Part shown: positions 13,601 through 23,637 of the stretch, piece by piece
Layout of the letters: every line of letters begins with the position of its first letter
Position numbering within the stretch: the stretch's first letter is position 1
From: Podospora anserina
Lineage: Eukaryota
Reading direction: 5' to 3'
Length of the DNA: 64,000 nt
NCBI GenBank assembly: GCA_017654855.1
Contig: CM030333.1
Coordinates: forward strand, 1,240,001-1,304,000
The notes under the pieces: model-generated
What the model was told of the DNA's origin: nothing
Databases searched by the model: none
Seen by the model: only the letters and a program-made list of their open reading frames with translations
Made by a program: the position numbers and the translations under genes

Positions 13601-16347
13601 AAGAGCCTATCGAGACTGACAAGCCCACTAGTGTCAGCGAATCACGCAGCATTGACGAGCCGCCCGTCTCTGTCGAGGAACATGTTAATGCTGAGCACGT
13701 CGTTCCTGCTGCTGCTGTTCCTTCGGAGATCTCAGCCAGGTCTGTGGAGTCAGCTATTGACACCGCTTCAGTCGTGGCTGAGAACGAGGCGCCCGTAGTC
13801 GTCCCGGCCCAGGAACCGGAGCAAATCTCTGACGCTGCTTCTGAGGACTTTGTCCTGATTGAAGCAGAATCCATCCCCAAGGAGGCAACCGAAGAGGAAG
13901 CGGTTCTCATCGACCAATCCATTGCCTCGCTCAAGCAGGTCGCCAGTGAAGTCGAAACAGAAGCCCCTGCAGCAGCTGTTGAGGAGAAGTCCGTCAACGA
14001 GACGGTTGTGGAGCCTGCCGTCGAAGTGACTGCCCAACAAGCCGCCGAACCCGATGTTGAGTCTACCACCAAGCCTGACGCCCCTAAGGAGGTGTCTGTG
14101 TCCGGCTTTGCCATTCCTGTGGCTGCTGCCGCCGGAGCTGCTGCTTTCGGGGTTGCCGCCGTTGAAGCGACCAAGGAGGAGGCTCCAGTCACCGAACGCT
14201 CGCTCCCCAAGTCTTTGGCCCAGGTTGAGCGTGATGACGTTGTTTCGGACTACGATCCTAGAGATACCAATCTCTCATTCGGTACACAGACAACTTACCC
14301 ACTACCTACTGACACATCTTTTACCTTGCCGACTGACACAACCTACACATTGCCAACTGACACATCATTCTCGCTGCCTACCGAGAAGACTGCTTCCGAA
14401 TCTCTTTCCAGGGGTCTTACCTCGACTGAGGAGTCGAAGAAAGAAGAAACCTCTGAAGGCAAGTCTTTTGCTAAGGAACTCGCCCTTGGTGCAGGCGTTG
14501 TAGGTGCTTTGGGTGCTGCCACCGCCGTGGCTGCCCACACAGCTTCGGATAAAGAGTCTAGTGATGCGGTGAAGCGCCTGGAGGCGTATGCCGCCATTTT
14601 CGATGACGAACCCAAGGACAAGGTCTCCAGCCGCTCTCTTCCCCAAGATGGCGCCAAGAACACGACAATCGAGTCTTCTGAGGCTGTAAGCGAGACGGTT
14701 CCGCTCACTGAATCTTTCCACATGGTGGACAAGAGGGACGGCCAAGAGGTGGCGAGGGGTGGTGTAGAGGCGAAGAGTGATGGTGAGGACATTGTTGCCG
14801 CGCGGCCTGCTATTATTGCTGTTACTTCTGCTGGTCCCAAGGAAACGATAACTGACGATGCCGTTCTTACCACTCAAAGGTCAACAATTCCAGGATCCCG
14901 AGGACCCGATGAAACCCAAGGAGAAGAAGTCATTGTTGACTTCCGTGTACCCACCCCTGCTCTTATTCTTCCTGACCTCAATGACCCTGTGGCTCGCGAG
15001 TTAGGCCGGATGCGCAGTTTGCGCCGGCAGCGCAGAAACACGATCAAGCAGGCGGAAGAGATGGTGGCAGCCGCCGTCGTCTTGTACGCCACAGCCGATA
15101 TTCTCAGCCCGCCAGGAAGTCCGACAACCGAAAATCCAGGAGCCGATGTCCTTGGTCTAACCGAAATGCATTCTGACGTGAAGGGGAAAGGAAAGGAGGT
15201 GCAAGTGTTTACCGATGGAGAAAGAGGGAGGCGCAGATCGAGGGACGAGCAAGAAATTTCTGCTCTCGTGACTGACCTCTCAGCAGACAAAGACAGGTCG
15301 AGGACTGATGAAGGCAGACGAAGACGCCGTAGCCATCACTCGAGCCGCTCTTACCGTGATCTTGAAAGCCGTGATCGTGACCTTGGTGATGCTCACGACT
15401 ATCGAGATCTCAGCAAGGACGGCTCGCGGCACTCTTATTCTCGCCGCCACCGATCCGAGAGCTACAATTCGTCTCGCTCTCTTGGTGCTGATGAGCGCCC
15501 TCGCACTCCTCCCGCACAAGACAAAGACAGCAACTATCCTCCTGAACACCGAAGCCCTCGCAAGCAACGCACACCCGAGGAGCAGGCTGCTCACGACAAG
15601 CGAAAGGAGGAGCGCCGCCGTCTCCGTGAACTCGAGAGGGCCAGGGAGGAGATACCAGCTTCTCCCACCTCGCCAGCCAAAGAAGAGCGCGTCAAGGAGA
15701 GATCAGCACCCCGTCAACGATCTGAGCGTGATCTTTCCGAACGTGATCGTTCTGATCGTGACCGCGCTGAACGCTCTGAGCACCGCCGTCGTCGCCATAG
15801 TCACAGCCGCGCCAGCGTGGAGTTTGATGTGCCATCTTCCAGCAGGAAGACGGAGCCCGTCTTGAACTCCAGAGAAGGGGTGTCCATGCCACCTTCAGCT
15901 TCCAGGACATTTCCACCCGAACTCAAGCGCTCCAGCACTGGTCGCAGCTCCAGGGCTCGCAGGTCCGAGAGATCAGAGCGGTCAGAGAGGTCTGATGACC
16001 GACTGGCTCGTGACGACGATTATCGACCCAGCAGCCGAGAGCACCGCGAACATCGCGAGCCTAGAGTACGCAGGTCCGAGGATCGGATTGTTCGTGACGA
16101 GGAGGTCCCCCGGCCAAGAAGCAGCAAGAGATCAACAGCCAATGTGCTTGACACTAAAGATTCGGCCGCCTCTGTCGGCGAGGCTTCCATCAGCAAGGGT
16201 GCCGCCTCGATCAGCAGCACTGGCGAGCACGAGTCAGCGTCTCACCGAGCAAAGAGGCAGGAGAAGCGCGAGAAGGTGCGGGAGAGCGAGACCAAAGAGA
16301 AGGGCGGTATTCGTGGTGCTTTCAAGCGTCTTTTCACGAGAGGTTAA
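7672..16347 (+). CDS. Giant (~2,850 aa) Glu/Ala/Pro-rich intrinsically disordered protein with Arg/Ser-rich C-terminus; exons ~7672-7852, 7923-10920, 10980-16347 (5' exon uncertain)
   Basis: ORFs 7826-10924 and 11524-16347 join in frame across the intron 10921-10979 (GTAAGT..GCTAAC..TAG). Upstream exon 7672-7852 joins in phase across GTGAGT..GCTGAT..CAG. Codon bias is strong (GAG/GCT/GCC/AAG). Confidence 0.88.
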
Positions 16348-17117
16348 AGTTTGCAAATTTGGTGAACACAAGACAAAAGACACGGAGGAGGAATGCATGA
16401 GGCTTTTATGAGGACATGACCGTTTTTTTCTCTTTTTTCGTTTTTCAACTCTTTTTTTTTTCGGTCTGACGATGGGAAATGAAGATTGATGATGATGGGA
16501 AATGATAAGGCGGTTATGGTACTTAGTTTCTTTTGGTGACGATGGATGGTGGAGGAGGGGAATTTGGTGGTGGTGGGGTGGATGAGACGATTATGATGGC
16601 TGCTGCTTGATCTGATGGGTAGAGTTGGTTTGGTTTCTGTTGCTGTTTGCGGATGATAATTAGGGAGGAAGAGGGAAGAGATTTGCTCTGGTTTCTTGAG
16701 ATGGGAATTGAGAATTGTATGTTATGACTTTATGTGTGGGATATGAATTACATCTTGATCTTCACTCATCATGCCTCATGAATCTTTGCAACAGTGATGA
16801 TCACTGTGATTTGATATGTGGCCATAAGGCGGCCGCCCTTTGATGCTAAGGAGAAACATATAAGGGATGGGCATTACAAAATATTCCACTCGTAATGCGT
16901 TAGCTCTTCGCTTGATCTGTGGCCATCATGAAGACATGAATTGCCGGGCCATAAGCTTGAGTGAGGTAACTAAAATAGTATTGTATTGTTCATTTTCAGC
17001 CGGGCCCTCGCCACGTATATTTTTGATGATCCATGGTAACTCTTGATCAAGCCCCCAGCACCTTTCACCTTTGTTGATCATGTAAAAGATCATTCCGTTT
17101 CTTATCATGAGAGTTTT

Positions 17118-17948
17118 TCACTCCCCCTTCTTTTCGTCCTCCGCCCCAGCAGCAGGAATCAACCCCCTCAAACTCAAATCATAAACCACATCCTCGACCT
17201 TTTTCACGGCATACTTGATGCTGTCAACCCTCTTCCTCAGGATGTCATTCTTCAGATTCAAGACCTGGAACCCGGCGTGCAGGTCCCTGATGAAGGCGGA
17301 GATCTCCACCGCGAGGGCGGTGTCGCCGAGCGTGACGGAATTCATCGCCAGGCGGGAGAGGTCGTCGATTATGGAGACGAGGGCGAGGAGGTACTCCTCG
17401 GTGGTGATGTGGAATGCATCGTCTTGGGCGGTGAGGTTCAAAGGGACGGAGTAGTATGTGGCCAGCTGGAGGGGGGTGAGGAGGGTGTGGGTGGATAGCC
17501 AGGTGAAGAGGAGGCAGGTGGAGAGGGAGTCTTGGAGGGGGCGGGTCCATTTGTGGTTGTATCTGGGGAGATGATGGTAAACATTGGGGAGCGGGGATGG
17601 GGGGAAGGGGGGAGGAGGGGACGTACTTGTAGTAAGGATATTGAGATGCAAACGCTGAGAGCTTGCCTACGGTGGCGACTTGGGATTTGATGCCCTCTTC
17701 TACTTGGGGGAGGAGGGTTGCGTCTTTCAGGTAACATTATCAGCCTATACGCTCAAAACACCGGCAGTGGGGGGGGACATACACTTTGACCGCGGGGTTG
17801 AGTGAATCTTGGATAACAAACCCTGCGTGAAGGAGACATGCTGGTGAAGTTCGTCGACAATCTGCTCGAGCTCCTTGCGGACGGTGGTGTCCTCTTCGAT
17901 CTTGGACTTGATTTGGTCGAAGAGGGAGGGGTCGATCATGGGGGGCAT
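17118..17948 (-). CDS. Translin family protein; 3 exons
   Basis: MIDPSLFDQIKSKIEED...LSKIHSTP / YPYYKYNHKW / FHITTEEYLLALVSIIDDLSRLAMNSVTLGD...LHAGFQVLNLKNDILRKRVDSIKYAVKKVEDVVYDLSLRGL are diagnostic translin motifs. The start could be 17948 or 17939. Confidence 0.93.
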
Positions 17949-18389
17949 TTTGACGTTGGGTGAGATTGAGAGTGGTGGTGGTTGTGAGTGAGGTTGAGGT
18001 TGGGTGTCAAAGGTTGCCAAACACACACACACTGTTCAATTTTTGAGATGTCCACACCACAGTTGCTGCACGGTCGGATTATCGGGCAATTGGTTAGCAA
18101 GAGAAGGATTTTTAATGATGCCAAACTGCTGTCAGGCCTTGGTTATTTCAGATTCGAGATGGGAAGACACGAGAGGATCTATGCAGGGAAAATTTAACCC
18201 ATGGAATGGGAGTCGCAGTTTAGTCACGGATATCATCAACAGCAGGCAATAACTCGACGGAAGCATCAAAAATTGGTCGACAAACAGCGACTCAGACAGC
18301 AATTCACCATCAATTCAACCAACACACAAGACAGGAAATTCTTCCTCGCATCCCAGGAAATAATCCCAAGAATGCAATGAAAAAGATGG

Positions 18390-18582
18390 TTGGGTTCGCG
18401 TCGCCTGGAGGCAGTGTAATACCAGGGACACTATGGCCGACGATCATGGGCAAGCCCAGAGGAAAGTCAGCCGAGAGACAAAAATTAGGATAATCACGAT
18501 TCTACTCCGTAGAGTAGTTTCAGAGATTAAACTGAAAAGAACAGATACTACACTTGATCTAAGCCAAAAGGCAAAGAGAGCT
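18390..18582 (-). ncRNA. U2: U2 spliceosomal snRNA
   Basis: The minus strand reads AGCTCTCTTTGCCTTTTGGCTTAGATCAAGTGTAGTATCTGTTCTTTTCAGTTTAATCTCTGA..., with the GTAGTA branch-pairing sequence (18551-18546), Sm site AATTTTTG (18486-18479) and a 3' stem-loop IV-like CCTGG-TATTACACTGCCT-CCAGG. The 3' end is approximate. Confidence 0.96.
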
Positions 18583-18628
18583 AAAGAAGAAAAAAAAGAA
18601 ACCAAGTAAATTTGGGAGGGGAGCGCTG

Positions 18629-18636
18629 AATATATA
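18629..18636 (-). promoter_or_regulatory. Probable TATA box of the U2 snRNA gene
   Basis: TATATATT lies about 47 nt upstream of the U2 5' end on the same strand. Confidence 0.5.
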
Positions 18637-18923
18637 CTCGATCTGGATGGTCTGTGCACGCCTGCAAATTCTTCGGCGGGTGCAAAATGTCTGTGCGCTT
18701 CAGTCTGCCCCACCTACTGGTCAATTTGGTCAGTGCGTCCGTCCTCAGTCCTCACGTGCGAGCGTGTTGGAGAGAGAGCTTGGCAGGCGTAGTCTCAGGG
18801 TTCGGGTTTGGCTGGAGCTGTTTGCGATTCGACCTTCCTGTTCAGGGATCTGGTATCTGTATCATCCTGCGCGCAAATGTTGTCCCCTTTCTCTCGTCCT
18901 CAAGCTGTAACAAACACACGTCA

Positions 18924-19785
18924 ATGCCTTTGGTAGACCCTATAACCATGGCTTCGGCAGTCAGCAAGAAGGGCGCTGCGTCCCAAACCGTCACGGTCGA
19001 ATCGAGTGCTTCACCTACAGCCGAGACGTATAACCTCCTCCCGGTGTCCATCAACCAGACGCCGCTCGCCCAGACCCTCCGCCATGCTCAACCTCTGTTG
19101 TTGTCGGGAGTCCTCGCCTTTGGGTTCTCCTCGCTGGTCAAGGACCCAGTAGCGGCCATGTCCTCGACCACGTTGCCATTGACGGCCGCGCTGCAGGCTG
19201 TCTATGCCGTTATCTGCCTTCCTGTCGCTGGGCGCGGAGGGAATGATACGGCGAAGAAGGCCAAACCAAGACCGGGGGAGAAGACGAGCAAGAAGAGGGC
19301 GAAGGAGGGGGGAAACAATGCCTATGTGGTATGTTGTTATGCTTGCCGTTTCGTTGCGAGGAATCAAGTACTAACTACTAGTCGTGACACAGCTCGCCGC
19401 CCTCTCGCTCCTCATCACTGCTCTCGTTACTCCGTTCATCTACGCCTCCATGGTTCTTTTCGGTGCGCCTTTCCTCACCCACGGGTCTCATACGCTTCTC
19501 TGCGCCGCCCACTTGTCTCTGCTGGGACTCTTCCCGCTCTTCTACGTTCATGGTGTCGATGCTAGTGCTTGGGCTGCTGTTGGTGGTTTCCGCGCGCCGT
19601 TGGACGAAACGTTTGGAGGTCTTGCGGGTGCGCTTGTTGGTGCTTGGCTGGGCGCTGTCCCCATTCCTCTGGACTGGGACAGAGATTGGCAGAGATGGCC
19701 AGTAACTATCCTGGTCGGCATCTATGGTGGATATGTGCTGGGCAAGGTCATTGGTGGTACAGCGGCTTGGGGAAAGAAGTTCTGA
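18924..19785 (+). CDS. GPI11: GPI anchor biosynthesis protein Gpi11/PIG-F; intron 19329-19392
   Basis: VLFGAPFLTH..T.LCAAHLSLL, GALVGAWLGAVPIPLDWDRDWQRWPVT are PIG-F family signatures. Confidence 0.93.
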
Positions 19786-20286
19786 GTTTAGAGTCTTGGA
19801 TCAGGTACCTGGAAACATGAGGAGAAGGGGGAAAGGACTGTTTGGAATGAAGCTGTGTGTGATACCCTGTTGGAGTTGCGAGCCGGAATTGGTGTTGAAC
19901 AGTGTACATCACGGGTGCGGTCTATGAAGGCGACCGTTGTAAATACTAATTAATGGTAACTAAATACCTACCAAAATACCTCCAACGTTAACGGATCGTG
20001 ATATTTCAACTCAAACATCGAGCGTCAATCACAAGTGTCGAAGATCCGCCAAGACCAGTCATCCTGCTTGCCCGCCGGCGCATCACTCGAAGCTCGTCCC
20101 CTGTCCCCGATGCCGCAAGGTGGGGTGTCGAGTGTGCCGACATCTTCCTGCGCCGAAGTCCACACCTCGAGATGACTCCAACACCACGGCACCACACTCC
20201 TTTATGACCCTTCCGTGGGCGTCCTCGAGTCTTTGGTCCCTCCCCTCGAGCACTCTACCTCTTCTTCCTTCAATTGACACTTCAAA

Positions 20287-21369
20287 ATGACCAAACTACC
20301 CACCCCGGTGCTCCCAGCACCCCCTCCGAACCTGGAGTTACCACTCCAACCCGTCCCGTCAACATCACCACCACCACCACAACAACAACAAGCCTCAGCA
20401 AAACACTACAAAGGCTTCGTCGCGGGTGTCTTTTCCGGGATCGCCAAGCTAGCCGGTACCTCTCCCCCTTCCCTAACATGACCTCCCCCGCGCTTGTACT
20501 AACCCTCCCTCTCAGTCGGCCACCCCTTCGACACAATCAAAGTCCGCCTCCAAACCTCTTCTTCCACCCGCTTCTCCGGTCCCCTGGCATGCCTCACCTC
20601 CACCATCCGCAACGAAGGCATCTTCGGCCTCTACAAAGGCGCCACACCCCCTTTAGTAGGATGGATGTTCATGGACTCCATCATGCTCGGCTCCCTAACC
20701 TTCTACCGTCGCCTCATCTCCACCAATTTCTTCGCCTCCTACCACCCCCCAAACGACCCTTTTCTCCCCCCCTCAGTAATCCCCCTGCCCACCTATGCCC
20801 ACGGCCTAGCGGGTATCCTCTCCGGCTGCACCGTCTCCTTCGTCGCCGCCCCCGTAGAGCACATCAAAGCCCGTCTCCAAACACAATACTCCTCCTCCAA
20901 GTCTGACCGCTTATACACCGGGCCAATCGACGCCCTACGAAAAATCTACAAATACCACGGTATAAGGGGGATATACCACGGTCTGGGGGCTACTCTCATC
21001 TTCCGAGGGTGCTTCTTCTTTTGGTGGGGGAGTTATGACGTTTTTAGCCGGTGGATGAGGAATAACACTTCTTGGTCTGCGCCGGTGATCAATTTCTGGG
21101 CGGGGGGGTTGTCGGCGCAGGTCTTTTGGGTCATGAGTTACCCGAGTGATGTGGTGAAGCAGAGGATCATGACGGACCCGTTGGGAGGCGGGTTGAGGGA
21201 TGGGGAGAGGAGGTTTAGGAGGTGGAGGGAGGCTGCAAGGGCGGTTTACAAAGAGAATGGGCCCAAGGGGTATTGGAGGGGGTTTTTGCCTTGTTTCTTG
21301 AGGGCTTTCCCTGCTAATGCGATGGCGTTGGTGGCGTTTGAGGGGGTTATGAGGGCGCTGCCGGAGTAG
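20287..21369 (+). CDS. Mitochondrial carrier (SLC25), ornithine/carnitine/Ymc-like subgroup; intron 20456-20515
   Basis: Three carrier repeats with P-x-[DE]-x-x-K-x-R motifs: GHPFDTIKVRLQ, APVEHIKARLQ, YPSDVVKQRIM. C-terminal LRAFPANA. Confidence 0.92.
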
Positions 21370-21812
21370 TTGCAGATGGAGACGCCTATGGGAGGGAGAA
21401 TAGAGGGTGAGAAACAAGAGATATATTAGGGGTGTGGTGTTGCATGACGGGAAGAAACGGAGATAAATTCATAGAATTGATGTTTGCATAGATTATACCC
21501 AAAGAGTTGGAGGGCAAAAGGGAAGGGTTGGACGATATATATATACCCAAGGGAATGGATATGGACGCATATGAGACTTAAGAGCAATAGAGACAACATA
21601 TACACATCACAAGCAAACAACAGAACTTCAAGTCTTGTTTTTGGCCAGAACGCCTGGCCGCGCAACGGCGGCGTTGTCACTTTTCATTGACCCCGTTTCT
21701 CCCAACCGCTATGCACAACCAATGATCCCATTTTTGTTCTGGTATCTCTTGTCTTGCCAGATTATACTCCTTTCGGATATATCCTCCCTCGCTCAACAGA
21801 TAGACCACCAAT

Positions 21813-22437
21813 TTACTCGTCATCCTCCTCCTCAGCGTCGTTGACGACGTTGAAGAACTTGAGCTCGTACACTCCCTTAGAGGTGGAGACGACGCGGAGC
21901 CAGTCACGAAGCTGCATCTTCTTAAGGAACTTCTTGGTCCTGTTTGGTGCGCACCGTCAGCACACATGTCCTCATTTTCTTTTCTTTTTTGGCTTTTATC
22001 GCAAAAAAAACAAAAAAAAACTTAAAAACTTACAAGTACTTGAGGTAACGGCCAGAAAGCTCATTGTGGGCAATGATCTCAATCTTGCCATCGCCAATCT
22101 GGGAGATCTTGATGGTCTCGCCGAGGTTGCCAACACGGCCCTCGACCTTGATCCTCTCGTTCAAGAACTTCTCAAAAGCGGAAACGTCGAAGATCTTGTC
22201 CGAGGCGGGCTGGGAAGCGTTGATGACGAACTTCTTGGTGACCTTGGGGCCCTTGCCCTTGGTGGACTTCTTCTGTGATATCCCAAAAAAGAAAGACTTA
22301 GCCTACTGCTTCACGCCATCATCTCCCATCTTTTTGCAATGATGGTGGACTGGGCCAACAGCAAAGCGATGGTCATTTCAGGTGGGGATGGTGATGATGA
22401 GGTTGGTCATGAGTATACGTACAGCGATGGGAGCCAT
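21813..22437 (-). CDS. RPL22: 60S ribosomal protein L22 (eL22); 3 exons
   Basis: [56 protein letters not shown]...[49 protein letters not shown]. Confidence 0.96.
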
Positions 22438-22639
22438 TGCGACTGTTGAGGAGAGGTTCAAGAGATTGACCGGTGGAAGTTGGATGGGGTGAGGAGAACG
22501 CAAAGAGGTTGATATCCTGCGCCTTGGTTGTGGTGGTTAAAAGTCTGGGGGGAGGGGTGGACGTTGCGATTTGCGGGCGGTGGAGAGAGGAAAATCGAGC
22601 AAGGGAATTTTTGAACAAATTGTGGCCTGCAGCAAAAAT

Positions 22640-22681
22640 TTAGGGCTCCGCATTAGCAGGGCGGGGTAGCTTCCTGTGGCT
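22640..22681. promoter_or_regulatory. Ribosomal-protein promoter motifs (TTAGGGCT = AGCCCTAA; CTGTGGCT) upstream of RPL22
   Basis: The same two motifs occur upstream of RPL12. GCCCTA(A) is a known ascomycete RP-promoter (Tbf1-type) element. Confidence 0.5.
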
Positions 22682-22899
22682 TGTGCTGGGCCCGTGCCAA
22701 GCTTCGGCCGGAGCGCCGTTGCTGCCCCACTTGACACCGAACATTGAGCTTTTGGCGGCAGCAAGTTCGGGGTTGCCTCATCAAGATTCAGAAGATTGCC
22801 ACTTTCTTGACGAAAAGCTTCACTTCTGCAGTGCTTTTGAACCCAAAATCAACAAAAAGAAACCGAACCAACCAGTTTAAACAGCAAAAGGAAATTCTT

Positions 22900-22981
22900 C
22901 GACGTGGGCCTGATTCGAACAGACGCTCCCGAAGGAACAAGATTTCTAGTCTTGCGCATTAGACCACTCTGCCACCACGCC
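22900..22981 (-). tRNA. tRNA-Ser (anticodon AGA), intronless, long variable arm
   Basis: GGCGTGG-TG-GCAGAGTGGTCTAATGC-G-CAAGA CTAGAAA TCTTG-TTCCTTCGGGAG-C-GTCTG TTCGAAT CAGGC-CCACGTC-G forms a cloverleaf with A/B boxes, discriminator G and a downstream T4 run. Confidence 0.96.
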
Positions 22982-23637
22982 TATGATTTGATGTAATTTC
23001 ACGGCGGAGGTAGCATTCATATAAGACGACGTTCTGTTCCGGCGGGCGAACAAAGTGTCAAGAGTCTTATCAAATCTGTTGAACGACAACGCCAGCAACC
23101 TAGAACTCGGCAAGTCGATGTAGTATCCCTACACAATGTCAGATATCAGCTATTAGCATAGAGCAGCAAAAGTCAAACAAAACGCTCGCAAATGGTATCA
23201 AGCATCTCAAATTCAACCCCTTTCAGACCATCGCGGTCAACAACCTCCGCTCTATCAGAACACCCCAAAACTGGATACAACGCAGAACACAAAATCAACT
23301 CACATCCCTTCATCCTATGTTCAGAGGAAAACCAAACAGACCAAAGTGCCAACACAGGCAAATTCCAAAAGAAACAAATAACCAAACAAAACCACGCAAA
23401 CAAACAAACAAATTCCAAATGGATATCATATCATCCAAAATTTCCAATCCAAATACCCCAAAACGATCTCTTTCCTATCGTCCCATATCCCAAATATTCA
23501 CTCAAATTCCCAAATAGCTTTTTAGCTTTTCTTTCCCTTCATTTCAATGCCCAGAATTCAATATCCAAAAACATTTAGGCACATCGCCATGCATCAAAAG
23601 AAAAAGAAAAAAGCCCACACATTAAACAAAAGCCCCT

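Noticed and set aside
7615..15290. Many long antisense and alternate-frame ORFs (Ser/Ala/Leu/Arg-rich) over the giant gene
   Set aside because: These are shadows of the repetitive GAG/GCT/CCC codon usage, with no independent coding signal.
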